Assembly (NCBI GenBank): GCA_051362555.1
Contig: CM120649.1
Span: 19,730,567 to 19,794,566, forward strand
Direction of reading: 5' to 3'
Source of the DNA: Lingula anatina
Taxonomy: Eukaryota > Animalia > Brachiopoda
DNA: 64,000 nucleotides
The notes under the pieces are model-generated. The model searched no databases, had not been told where the DNA came from, and saw only the letters and a list, made by a program, of their open reading frames with translations. Position 1 is the first letter of the stretch, and each line of letters opens with the position of its first letter. Both the position numbers and the translations under genes were made by a program. This document shows positions 12,326-35,245 of this stretch, piece by piece.

Positions 12326-12881
12326 AGAAGTATTTATGAGTATGGCCCCTATATTAGTTAACTAAATCAACATTATTGAATTTGTGTAACCTTTCTTAAA
12401 GTTTTTGCAGTTTCTTTATTTTTAAAGTATTTGTGAAATTTCTGACGAATACTACGATATTTCTCTGGCGGATCTAGAAATTTCAAGGGAGGGGGAGGAG
12501 GGGTCAAAGGATTATTATTATTATTATTAAAGATGAAACACGTGATATGATTGTTATTATCATTATCATTATTATACTTTTATTTCACTCTGTACAGATC
12601 CGTCAGAATTAAATATCGTATGTATATTTTACATATGACATATATACTTTTATATATTACTTTTATAAATAATTATTATTTTATTCATTGTATTATATCA
12701 GATATAGCTTGTTATTGCTCTCTATAGGCCTATCCACGGTATAGAAACCAGCCAGTATATTTTACATGTGATCTTTATATATTAGTTAAATAAAAAATTA
12801 TTATTTTATTCATTGTATTATATCAGATATAGCATGTTCTTGCTCTCTATAGGCCTATCCACTGTATAGCAACCAGCCAGT

Positions 12882-22075
<9,194 letters not shown>

Positions 22076-22778
22076 ATTGCCTTTCCATCATAGTTACCAG
22101 TACAGGCGGTTAAAGATTACACACTGAATATAACTTTGACAGTTGTTTGATGTAATCCATAACGTAAATTGACGACCACATGATGTGACCACAAGCTAAT
22201 GTTTTATATTAGATGTTGTCTTGTGTAAACTTAAGAATAACATTGTAATGCAACCTGGCATGATCCCGGGGAACTTCAGTATAAGTCAGAGACTAAGGAC
22301 CGTTAATGCAGTTTTAGTATAGTAACACCAAGTGTATTGCAATTGTTAATGTTTACAGCTTCTAGACTCAGAAAATTACTCAAAAGCAAATGTTTTACAT
22401 TTTTGGGCATTTAACATGCTAATGCACTTTTTTATATTCAGTTTAAACAATATAGACGCGGTGCAGATTATTTTTTTAAATTCAAATTCAGTTTGAAGCT
22501 GGCTTGATTTGCTATATGTGTCTCGCACCATATAGTACTATGTTTATTACCAGCGATTAAATTTTGATGTAAGGAAATAATACGTCATGATTATTTACGC
22601 TTTTTTATTTTATAGTAGGTCCAATTATTGTAAATAAGTATTGTGTTATCGTACCATGGTCTTTATTATGCGCATGATGTATTTTACTTCATTTTCGACG
22701 ATGTTATGAATATAAATGTTTCTATTAAGTGTTTGCTTAACAGTTATGATTTAGTAAATACGTCTTATTATTATTTTT

Positions 22779-22810
<32 letters not shown>

Positions 22811-23650
22811 TTTTTGCCGAATCTGACCTGTGCATAACATTTACATTAATGACATAACTTTGTCGTTTAAGCTTTTTGAGAATTAACGTAAACGTTTTGT
22901 ATATGTAAATGAAGTATGCTACAGCTAACCAAGAGAACCAAATTATCGGATTATGTTAACGCATAAGACATAGACTCTTAAGACAATAAGATGACATAAT
23001 TACTTTAAGAGTTTTACAAATTTTATGTTATTTAGTATTTGCTTTGCTTTAAAAATAAAAAAGGAGCGTATGTTGGAGAGTTATAGAATTTCGAGGTCAA
23101 ATTCTTTTGCAGAAAGGCTATCACTTTCGCTAATTGCAAATGATAATTAAAGAGTAATCAAATAAGTGAAAGGTGGGGATTTTATTGAGTGCAAGTTTAA
23201 TTTCCTGTAGAGTCAACAAGTGTAGAAACTGTTGTAGAGTTCGCAAAAGATGGAATATGGCAAAGTCACATATTATTTTATTTGATTGGTTAATGTCATA
23301 ATAGATGTGTAAGTTTCTATCACGTGTATTGCATATGCTAACTGATTTTGGACATGACACAAATATGAGCAATTCAAATAATATTTTAGATTTTCATAAT
23401 AGAAAACAAAGCTCTTTAAAAAACATAATGAAATATTAAATAGAGGAATGCAACATGATGATGGAAAATGTTCGGTAATCACGCAAAATACAACAGAACG
23501 AAAATAAGTAAATGCTTGATCAGCAGTGAGAAAGAGAGTATAAATTTGTATGAAAAATAAGTAGGTGAATAAATGTTGGAAAGCTCCAATTTCTTCGTCG
23601 TCGTCACCTTAATAGAGTCAAAACTGAATAGAAACCACCATCTGTAGCTA

Positions 23651-24878
23651 AGGCCGTGTTCCCAATAAAAGTTATCGTTCTAGGTGGATTTATTTATCTC
23701 AGCCATCTACATCTCGCCATGCCGCAGTCAATATTTTCAGCTGAATTGTCTGGTTCGCCTCTCCTCAAGAAGCTAGGGGTAATTAAAACTAAAGGAACCT
23801 GATGAGATGAGATTGTGCCAGAAGTGTGCATCATATGACGTCAAATGGTGTAAGACATGAAGTTGCCTGGTTATTTTTCGCTGGAAGTAAGTTGAGGCGG
23901 ATTTTCGGACGGCATGGGAAGATTATTATAATTATTATTATTTTTTTTTTATTATTATTATTATTTATTTTTTTTTTTTGGTATTTTGAACAGAGAATAC
24001 ATACGGGGTATAAGATATGAAAACGTGTTTTAAAGTTTGAAGGTGCAAAATTGTGTTTATTTTCAGTCAAACTGTTTTCTATAAGTTACTGCATCGACCG
24101 ACAGAGTGGCAAAGAACGTAAAGGTGAAAAAATTTCAGCGAGGCTGAAAATCGTTTTCATGTGCAGTTTTTGCATAGTGAGACGATGTACTGCGTTAGTT
24201 GAGATTGTTTTATATTGCTGTCGGTAGATGTCTCTATTTAAGTAAAGTACAATCTGGTGTGTTAGTTAGAATCTCTTATAGTAATGTTGCGTGACCTCTT
24301 GTGATTGGTTAGACTTAAAGGTAAAACTGTTCATTGTGTAATTGATTCTGATTGGCAAACGTGTACTAGCTTACAATGTACATAAGGATTTACTCGGAAT
24401 AAATCGCTCTCTTATGCAGCTATTATTTGACACGTATGAGGCGTATTTGGGTTGTATGTGGCTCTTTCTGGACCCTTATGCGACTACGATCCTTTAGGGT
24501 TAGGCTAACCCTAACCCTACAGCTATTGTGTTTCTTCTGTGGCTCTTCTTCACATTACAAACACCCAAACCAGTGAGTATAGAGTTGTTCTTTGTGAATT
24601 TATAAGACACTTGGCTGCGACGGCGTATCTGATATGCCCGTATCTAATGATTTTTGGTGTTTTATGGTATGTTTTGCAATAATAACGATGTTATAAAATC
24701 CTTAAATAGAACCTTGTGAAAATCAGGAAAAAGTTCGCAACTAACAACTAAATCGCAGCGAACCACTATCGTTGTTCAACAGTTTACCTTTTTTCAATAT
24801 TGTGATGAGTTTTTAGATAGCTAAATGTCAAGCTGACGTGAAATTCATGGAAATGGGCACATATTGGGAACACGGCCT
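23651..24878. mobile_element. Non-autonomous TIR DNA transposon (~1.2 kb)
   Basis: 17-bp perfect TIR AGGCCGTGTTCCCAATA / TATTGGGAACACGGCCT, flanked by TA. No coding capacity. The superfamily is uncertain, although the termini are Harbinger-like. Confidence 0.7.
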
Positions 24879-25923
24879 TAGTTGTAATATGTGTGGTATC
24901 TGGCCCAGTTAATTATCTGGGACCATTTATATGATTAACTGAGATTAAGCAAAAGATGATGCAGAGGAACAATTAGTAACATATATATATATATATTATA
25001 CAAGTGAAGCAAATTATCAACTTTTTCTGAAGATTTCTCATCTTTCTCATCGCTGTTATATCTATACTCTGACAGTCCGTGATGGTTGTGTCATTACGTT
25101 AACTGCTTGATACTGAAGCTAGATTTGACAAAAGATAAAAAACGGAGCAGAGAGACACCATTACACTCCAAACATGTCTATGTTAAATTTACCAAGCAAA
25201 CATGTGACATGTTCCATTGTTCTTGTTAAAGTTGGCAATAATTGTAAACCACGCCCGTGAAAATAGGATCAGTGGATTGAGTACTGCTTTATTTTAAACA
25301 AACCTGTAATGCTGAATGAATGAAGGGCAAATGAATTAGAGAATGAGTACATTCATTCCATTTCTTATTTAAAAAAAACAAAATATAGGACATAGTACTA
25401 GTAAACAACTGCAATCAACCTACATATGCATATCTTTCGAGACAATATATACTTGTACCAGTAAGCATGTATATGTCCATACACAGTGGGATATTGTTCA
25501 ATATAGAATTATTATAAAATTCTATTTTTTTAAAGAATCACGTATCATTTAGTAACACCAAATGTTGTGCTTTAATTTTAATGGTAAAGATCAATAATTT
25601 CTATTTTAAGATTGAATCCATTTATTAATTTTTCTTGAATGCTGTTTACACCGTGGTATGCCAAGGAAAATCGTCCCAGATAACCCAAAGTGTCGCGCTA
25701 CAAAACGAGATTCCAGGGATTTGGAGGAGAGACCACTGAGCAGAAATAATTGCCAACAATTGCTGTGTGACAACAAACAGAAGTGGACAGAACCTATCCA
25801 TGGACAATCAGCACGCTATACTGCCTGCACATGTATTATTGCTGTAGTGATTCCGTGGGTACCCCTCCACTTAAGATACACATATCTGTGTCTTTTGTCA
25901 TTTTGGTGGCTCCTCTGGTCATT

Positions 25924-28900
25924 TCAGAATTCTGACTCTTTCCTCATTTTGTTAGCTCTTCTGATCATTTCATACGGGTATGGTATCACAGGCATGGACA
26001 GTTTATTCAGCTCCTGCATCTAGATATGACAGAAAAAATAAATCCATGAGAATACTGTACTAGTGAGTGAATATGAAACTGTGACCATGTTATCATTATT
26101 GAACGATAGAGAGAGAGCATGGAGTGATTTAAAATCACTGCAGTACTTGAAACCGCAGTGTCAGTTGGGTCTTTATAATGTATTATAATGTGTTATAACC
26201 CTTACCTGGTCATCCGTGAGCTCCCACCCAGCGGCCGCCCCAATATTGTCCTCCATTTGTGACATCTTGGTGGCTCCAATGATCACAGCTGACACTGTGG
26301 GCCTCTGTAACAACCAGCGGATGGCGACCTGGGCCACAGACTTACCTGTTATATAAATAATGGGAAATATCATAGCTACACGGACTTACCTGTTATATAA
26401 ATAATGGGAAATATCATAGTTACACGGACTTACCTGTTATATAAATAATGGTAAATATCATAGCTACACGGACTTACCTGTTATATAAATAATGGGAAAT
26501 ATCATAGTTACACAGACTTACCTGTTATATAAATAATGGGAAATATCATAGTTACACGGACTTACCTGTTATATAAATAATGGGAAATATCATAGCTACA
26601 CGGACTTACCTGTTATATAAATAATGGTAAATATCATAGTTACACGGACTTACCTGTTATATAAATAATGGGAAATATCATAGTTACACAGACTTACCTG
26701 TTATATAAATAATGGTAAATATCATAGTTACACGGACTTACCTGTTATATACAGGTAAATAATGGGAAATATCATAGTTACACAGACTTACCTGTTATAT
26801 AAATATGGGAAATATCATAGTTACACAGACTTACCTGTTACGTAAATCAGGGGAAATATCATGATTACAGTTGAACTTATTCATTAAAATAGACTCAATA
26901 CATAAGTGACTTTTTTGGGTAGTGGTTTTACTCAAAATGAAAATGAAGTTTAATATTTGTTGGGGAAAAGCTCATCAAATAGGCATTATATGTTAACGAT
27001 GCGGAGGAGGGGGGATACCTAATAAAATAAGGATATGAAATGAAAAGTAGTTGCAATAACCTTTTTTTTTTGTTAATAAGCAACATGTTGGTATATCTTG
27101 GTCGGTTAAAAAGATAGCTACGTCCCTGCCACTCTCCCTCCCGCATCCTTAAGCCTATGATAATACTCTCTTATTTCAAACGCACAAAAAATCGTTAGTC
27201 CTGTGTAAAGAAATTGAACGATTTTTACCAGTACGTTGCGGCCCACTCTCTAAGTCCTGCACACTTTCTGATACCTTCATGCAACAAATAAACTGATTTT
27301 ATAGTTCATAGTTTTATAGTTTATAACAAAATGACAGGCACGGTGTTTTTTGTTTGTTTGTTTGTTTGTTTTTTCTTTGTTTAAAATCGTATTTCACCAC
27401 ATTTCTACAGGCAATAGACTACTGAGGTGTGGTCACTCTATTACCATGTTCTTTCCCGATTCTCTCCGTGGCCTCCAGAAGTGTCCAGGTTTTGTCGTTA
27501 TCGAACTGATCCCAAGATGGCGCCGACTGCAGGATGCGCTCCCCAGCTTTCTCACTGACCCAACCTATTCTACTGCTAGAGGCGCCACCAGCCCCCATAC
27601 CACGCTTAAATTTACCACTCAGCCAGCCTCTGAAAGGTCGGAATTGCTTCATTAATTATCAGGAATTCTACAAAAAGTTCACAGTCGATTGACAGGCCCG
27701 TAGCCAGGGGGGATCGGGGGATTCGAAAGACCCCCCCCCCCCTTTTGCTGGGAAAAGGTCCCCTCTGGGTAAAAATTTATCTAGGCACATGAAGGTTTCA
27801 TGGTAAAAGGTCCACTTTTTTGAAATTGCTGGCTACGGGCCTGATTGATAATTCAATTTACTCGCGTTCGATTATAATCAATCCTGCAAATGAACAAGCT
27901 TCTTCCTTGTTAGATCCTTGTTGGTGCTGGGGGGGGGGAGGGTACACTACAGCTAGGGGACTCGCACATGCTCCTCTTTACCCCCTTCTAGCCTCTCCAT
28001 AAATTCCATGACTCATATCCTCTGTAAAATGTATTTTAGGTCTAAAAATGTTGAGCAAATAGAAAAAGGTATCCATTTAGCCTCCACCCACCCACCAAGT
28101 AAACTGTCGCCCTGAGTCTTGGAATGTCCAACACTTGTCCATCACTTGTCCAACACTTGTCCATCACTTGTCCCACACATCAAAGACATACATGTAAACT
28201 TACCCCTTCAGTGGACTCCATGGTAAGAACCCGATGCCTTCATTAATACACACGTCTAACACTTCATATTCCGTCTCACGGCACAGCAAGTTGTATTGTT
28301 GCTGGAAATATGAACACATTTAAAAGTTGGGACGTAGTACGGGGCCTAGCAAAACGCATACATTTTAAAATCTAAGCATTGTAACATTTAAAGTTGTGTA
28401 ATGTTCAGTACGATTGTAAATTGTAATATATCCAGCTGCTACATGTATAACATTACACATATATATGACAGGAAAAACTTGCTAATTAATCATATTATAT
28501 AATTTCATATTATATTATATCATATTATGTTATATCATATCATATTTATACCCCTTACGAAAAAGTCCTATAGGATCCTATAAGATCATATATATAGGAT
28601 TCTATAGGAAATTGGCCCATAGGAAATATATCTCAGACGCACCTGTAAGCTGACCACCTTCTCCAGCCCCATATACTTGACCAAGTCTGTTATCTTCTGT
28701 AGCTGCCACCCAGCCACATTACTGACGCCGATATACCGCACCTTACCAGCACGGACCAGATCACTGAGAGAACGCAGCGTTTCCTCCACTGGAGTGCCGT
28801 TGTCCCAAACATGTGTCTGTTAATATTAGAAGTGGATTGTGAACTTTGAACACACGTTTTGCCACATGTTGGAGCAGGAAATAAATAAAACAATTAAATA

Positions 28901-30457
28901 CATAAATATAATTAATACCAGACTGAAAACAAATTTAACAAATTCATAATTTGTCCTGTAACAGATATATCTGGACATAAAAAGCTCACTTTTATCAACA
29001 CTGGATAGGGCAATCCTATGGATAACACTACCCACTGTATAGAATTATTGTTATCCTATGGGCAGTTGTCTAAAAGAGAACAGCCAATTTTAACCACTGG
29101 ATAGCAACATCAGAAATAAAAATATTAGTAACATCAGAAACAAATATATTAGCAACATCAAAAACAGAAAAATTTGTCTTTTATTTTGTAAATATTAGCC
29201 TACTTTACCCACAGGACAACCGTCCTGAGGATAATAATTTTATCCAAAGGATAGTGTTATCCAGAGGAAAGCGCTATCCAGTGTTGATGAAACTGGGCCC
29301 AGCATGTATATGTACCTGATAGAGGTCAATATAATCAGTCTGCAGTCTCTTCAGGCTCTGTTCTACGCCGTGCATGACGTGTTTTCTGCTGGTACCCAGG
29401 GAGTTCGGGTCATCGAAGGACATCGGTACACCCACCTTGGTTGCCAAGACAAACTTCTCCCTGTCCTGTCTGGAAATGAGAAATATGTCTTTGGATAATT
29501 GAACGGGCATCTTCACAAAGAAGGGGTTAATCAGGTATATAAAGAAACACAATAGACACATTTCACAAAAGTTGCAACTATAGGTACAAAGTTTCTACTT
29601 GACAAATATGGATACAATCAATACGCAAGGTTGATAGTGACAGCTACCGATGTTCTACTTGCCTATGAAGAATACCAGCACAGTGCTAAAACTACATTTT
29701 CATACAAGTGATAAACCATGAATTGTGTAAAGGCAATTACAACCTATTTTACTTTAAAAGTGTGGTATCGGGTGGCCTGTGCCATTCCCATTTTTCTGCA
29801 GATTGCAAGGTAAAAATTGATCTTTAGTTTTGCCATTTGTGTCTGAAATATCCCTTACCCGAGCCTTAGTAAAAGCCAAAGATACCCCAGTGTTTTATCA
29901 CGCTGACCATGCATCTCTTTTAGACCCCATTCCCAGAGATTAGATCGATCCAAACTAGATCGACCTAACTCCCAGGGGGTTCACGCTAAATAGCTGTCAG
30001 CCGAGCGGGCATGAAAGTTAATTACCCCCTTACAGCTTGTAGTAGGCGGGACGGACATTTAAGCCGGATTATCTGACAGTAACCTAATGAGACTCCCCAC
30101 GGGGATAGATCGATCTAAAATCTATGGGAATACGCCCTTACATGTATATAGACCACTAATTAACTTAATTTAAGGTGTGTCAGCGCATTCAGAACAGATA
30201 ATCCGCCGTCTAAATAAGGCCGACCTCACTTAAAAGCAAGCCGCTCATTCTCCTAATGGTCTCCCCGACTTCGTGCGCGCCATTAAATATCGGCTGCGAG
30301 GTTTCATTACGAGGCCCCTGCAGGGACAACGCATGCGCATGCGGGGGCGGGGGGGGACATTCAGGGGATTAATCGGCATTGCTTTGGGTCTGCCATATTT
30401 GATCCCGGGATCTGTTAGTGCACGGATCAACCTGTTCTGAATGCTCTGAAAGTTTAT

Positions 30458-30490
<33 letters not shown>

Positions 30491-31898
30491 TTCCAAGTAC
30501 TTCTGAAGCCAGCTGCCCACTATTTTCTCCGACTCCCCAAACTGGTAGACATCGGCTGTGTCCAGAAAGTTTCCTCCTAGCTCGGCAAATCTGTCCATCA
30601 TGACGTGAGCGGCCTCCTCGTCCAGGTTGCCGGGACGACCTCCCTGTTGGTGTGAAATAAAAAATAGATAAATAAATAAGTAGTAGACTGAAAATAGTTT
30701 TAATAGATAAATATATTTAGTTTGTTTACAATATCATGCAGTCTGATGCAAAATAAATTAAATAAATAAAATAAATAAACCTTTATTATTTCTTTTTTTA
30801 ATTATTTTTTTTCTTTTGATTTCCAAAATTATGAATTTTGAGAGGTCCATCACCCAAACCATGTGATACTGTGTGGCATCTTGTTGTTAGAACTTATAGC
30901 GGGTTAGAACACTGAACTTTTCCCAGGGTGTGGTTTTTTCCATGTAACTCTGATAGCAATTTCAAATAAATAAATAAATAAATGATTGAATAAATGACTA
31001 AATAAATGACTAAATAAATGAATAAACGACATGCATGCTTTCATGTTTATTCAACTATAATATATATATGCCACATTACACTGAATACCTTACATATTAT
31101 TGTCCGGCGTTGACTCAAATAAAGCTACAGAACAAGCTCAAGTAAGACGCTGCATGTTTTGTGGGGAGGTAAAAATAACATCACCGTGCAGTAAGAAAAA
31201 TTCCATTCAAGTTATACCTTCTCAATCATCATATCTCAACCTTCTTTTTAAATTTCAAATAATAATTTAAATTGTGGTACCCTTTGAAAATTAATTTAAA
31301 CGAACATTTATCTGTGTGACAGGAATGGTACGTAGTCCGCTAGGAACATAGTCAGTTTCCAATTACGCAGGTGACATTTGTCCCATATACTAACCCTACT
31401 CCCACTAACCCAAGCCTGTGGTCATCATATGGGACCCCGGTGTAACACAACTGAGGGTCCTTGTAACAGAAAGTCCGCCCTCTATTTAGCTATAACGGTT
31501 AAGGTCAGCCTGACCTAAGTGGGTCAAAATCTAGGGCGATGCTGACCTGTACTAGTTAATGAATGGGGATTGGACTCTTTATCGTAGGGGAGGGGGAGAG
31601 GGGGTCTCTGTCATGTTACACAGGATTTCCATTCCTAGGACTTCCATCATTCTGGTCACGCCGGGTGTAGAAAAGGCCCTACACACCTTCAGCGGAGTGT
31701 CAACTTTGACAGTGTTGCGGAGGGAGACATATAGACCAGCATGTGGTGACGTAACCCAGCCCAGACGCTGATGAAGTCAATGCAAGTCATACATACCATT
31801 ACGTTGATCTGCCCAAACGTCATAGTTCCAAGACAGATGTTTGACACCCTCACCCCGGACCTCCCTAAAAAGTTGTACTCCATCTGAGCCTTAGCCAT
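25924..31898 (-). CDS. Aldo-keto reductase (YajO/IolS/aryl-alcohol-dehydrogenase-like), ~361 aa, 8 exons
   Basis: Exons: 31898-31803, 30643-30501, 29469-29316, 28816-28643, 28301-28204, 27629-27445, 26345-26206, 26019-25924. Motifs: [82 protein letters not shown]. The D-Y-K-H catalytic tetrad is present. Confidence 0.95.
26339..26870 (-). repeat. 44-bp minisatellite (12 copies) formed from the splice acceptor and first bases of AKR exon 7
   Basis: CTTACCTG recurs at 26341, 26385, 26429, 26473, 26517, 26561, 26605, 26649, 26693, 26737, 26787 and 26830. Confidence 0.95.
27693..27843. mobile_element. CAGG-ended GC-rich MITE (hAT-like), copy 1
   Basis: TIR CAGGCCCGTAGCCAG and 5-bp TSD ATTGA. 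Confidence 0.7.
29923..30137. mobile_element. PIF/Harbinger MITE, copy 2
   Basis: Reverse-complement match to 6927-7152, with a TTA TSD. Confidence 0.8.
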
Positions 31899-33120
31899 TT
31901 TGTTCAGGGTAATTAATGTTTAGGCCTACTCGGCGGACAACACAGGGTCGACTGAATGTGTAACTGGGACGCGATCAATATAGGCCTAATCATTGAACTC
32001 CAAACAGCGTTTGTTGATTGTACTGTTACATCGGTATAGGGGTTGTGAATAACCACGTGTGTTTACAGGTGTGGCAGGAATGGCAGTCCGCTGAGCACTG
32101 TAGTCCGTTCCCCATTACTTAATTTGTACAGGTGACAATATTGATGTCATTGGTCCCACATACAAACCCCAATACTCCGACTTAACCTAACCTGTACTTA
32201 TCACATGGGACCCCGGACATTCCTGTTATTACTATCATTCCTGTCACGCCGGTGTGGCAGGAGAGCACGTCCTAGTAACGAAAGTCCGCCCGGACACTAA
32301 GTCCTGGGAATGCAAGTCCTATAGGACATGCATTGCTAGGAATGGTAGTCCTAGGACATACTTTACTAGGATTCAATGTCCGTAGGACGAAGGCTCCCAA
32401 GTAATGCAAGTCCTACTTGTAGTAATGCATGTCCTGATAGGACGTGTGTTCGTAACATTTTAGTAATGCATGTCCTATATATAGTTTACACCGAGAAATG
32501 ACATGAATAAACAGATATAGTGATATACTAGATTTAAAGACATAATAAAAATGTTTGCTTTATTTCATCTTATATTAATATTTTACGATGTTTTTATTTT
32601 TCCGATGAGGCAGTTTATATGCATTGGCCTATTAATGAAGTAACAAAAACAACACGGTTCCCATAGTTTTTCTTCATTTTTTTATTTTGTGCATTTTTCT
32701 TGTAGTAAACACATATTTTTACACGTGTCATTGATCTTTTTAGGTCTTCGAATGAAGGGAAAATCACTTTACACAAAACACAGGATCTCCGTTCTTAGAT
32801 TAATATATATATATAATGTTATGTATATATTTATAATCGTGTCGTTTAACTATATTATATATTGCATAAGGATAGGACTTTCAAATGCCCGGACTTACAT
32901 TACTGTCATAGGTGTAACAGGAATAAAAGCCCGCCAGTAATACAAGTCCCAACTGCTCTAATTATGAGCCAGGAACTTATAAGTCCCATGCAGTAGGACT
33001 ACTATTTCCAAGTACAGACATCGGTTCCTGGTGGACTTGGATTACTGTTACACCGGCTAACCTAGCTATAACCTGAACCGTGGAGTTCTGTCCTAGGATT
33101 ACCATTCCTGTTACACCGGC
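31313..33120. mobile_element. Cluster of nested non-autonomous elements with GTGTGACAGGAATGG / CCATTCCTGTCACACCGG ends, flanking AKR exon 1
   Basis: The terminal motif recurs at ~31315, 31650, 32070, 32240 and 33105, and also at 5216 and 20548-20718. Internal CCCTAACC-like tracts and short taggac/gtccta repeats are present. Confidence 0.5.
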
Positions 33121-33468
33121 CTTCAACAAGATAACAAGCGTTATGTACAGTCAGTTTAACAGCGTTGTGCATTTTTTTGTTGCTAGGCCAGGGTCATGGG
33201 TAGACTGTGTACACAACCTTGACACATTAATTAAGTATGACAAATAAAATCTTATCCGTGAACGTACTAAGGTGTAGTCAAATAAACCCGGTAGTGTCAC
33301 ACGTATCATAAGAAGGCCTATATTATATATATATAAAAAAAAAAATTTAAAAAGGCATTTTACATACAAAAATAGGAAAATATTAACGTACCATGAAATT
33401 AGTCGATTTTGCCCTTTTAAACGTGATTACATTGTTTGTGTATATGTAGTTCACAATGGCCCCATTCA

Positions 33469-35245
33469 GATGATGGCACTAACTAGTCCGAGGGTCAAAT
33501 ATGGCTGACCCACTTGAATATTTCCCCTCGGGATATCTATTCAGTATCTACTAAACGGCAAGCTTTGTAGTGGGTTGCCATATTTGAGTCCCCTATATAT
33601 ATATATATATATAGTTCAGGGGCGGATCCAGGATTATTTAAGGGGGGGGTCCACGGATGCAAAGCCACCCTCCCCCCCCCCCCCCCCCACCGGCGTAGGG
33701 TACCCCCCTGACCTCCCCCCCCCAAAAAAAAAATCCGCCACTGTAATTAGATGTACACGGTGGCAATTCGTCTGCCACCGACTTGCACTTGACTAATAAG
33801 TCTGCTCGGTCTCACACGCAATGTAGTTCATAAGTTAAAAAAAAGACAAATATGGTGCGGAGACTTGATTCAGAGCCCAGCGTGCTAACCAACCAACTGA
33901 ATCCAGTTCAAATCTCGGTAAAATGTACAACTTTCAATTTTTAAATAAAATGATCTTTAACAGTCTGTGTCCAGCGGCGGATGTAGAGGTGGAGGGGGGT
34001 CCTGTCGTTCCGGACCCCCTCCTTTCAAATAATCCTGGATCCGCCACTTTGTGCCCTAAACTTTTCAGCTAACTGGACATTTGGGCCACCAGTTTCCAAA
34101 AATCTATTGGTCCGAATTATAATCCACTGATCCTTAAAATTTTATTACCATTTATTACAAAGGTCGAATTTGTTTGTTATGAGGCAAGTAAGATGCACTC
34201 AAAAATATCTTAAAAGAAAATTGTGGAAAAGGTTCGTTTGTTAACGTAAAGAACCTACTACTAAATTCACGTATGCACGCTTGAAAGGGTGCAATACGTT
34301 ATATCAGACATACATGTACCTTTGTTGCTTTTGTTTTGTGTAAAATGCACCTTTAAAATTAAAACTCCCTAGCTTTTTATTTACCACAGGATGACGTATT
34401 CTAAACACTGGATGACGTATTGAAGACACAGGATGATGTATTCTAGACACAGGATGACGTATTCTAGACACAGGATGACGTATTGTAGACACAGGATGAC
34501 GTATCCCTAGACACAGGATGACGTATTCTAGACACGGGATGACGTATTCTAGACACAGGATGACGTATTGAAGACACAGGATGACGTATTGTAAACACAG
34601 GGTGACGTATTCTAGACACAGGATGACGAATTCTAAACACAGGGTGACGTATTCTAGACACAGGATGACGTATCCCTAGACACAGGATGACGTATTTTAG
34701 ACACGGGATGACGTATTATAAACACGGAATGACGTATTCTAGACACAGGATGACCAAGCATTATCGTCAATTCAGCTCCGAGGACCTGAAATAACGACCG
34801 GGTTTCAATGTAACTCCGTAATTACACGTAGGTCAATTTTTTTTCTTGAAAATTGGAAGACGTACCATTTCTTTATAGACAAGCCTGCTGATTTCCATTT
34901 TATTCATTTTCAGTATGTGTAAGGTTCTATGTTGTAATGGGCAGCACTCAGGAACCTGAATCCAGCGATCCGAAATCAAAATCTCGGTGTAACCAGTCTT
35001 TTTTTTTTACTTCTCAGGTAAATTACGTATAAGGCGTGACAGTTAACAGCCTCCTCTATCTCCCCACTGCCTGCATAAACTAATTCATTGGCCCCATTCA
35101 GAATAGGGGACTTACTAGTCCGAGGCTCAAATATGGCAACCCACTACAAAGCTTGCCGTTTAGTAGATACTGAATAGATATCCCGAGGGGAAATATTCAA
35201 GTGGGTCAGCCATATTTGACCCTCGGACTAGTTAGTGCCATCATC
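33469..35245. repeat. 120-bp perfect inverted repeat pair (33469-33588 / 35126-35245)
   Basis: The second arm is the exact reverse complement of the first. Both copies are preceded by TGGCCCCATTCAGA. Confidence 0.85.
34385..34754. repeat. 21-bp minisatellite (CTAGACACAGGATGACGTATT)n, ~17 copies
   Basis: Direct tandem periodicity is visible. The RIRHPVS ORFs are its translation. Confidence 0.95.

Noticed and set aside
26339-26870. 44-bp and 21-bp (34385-34754) arrays as CRISPR
   Set aside because: They are head-to-tail tandem repeats with no unique spacers, there are no cas genes, and the context is eukaryotic.
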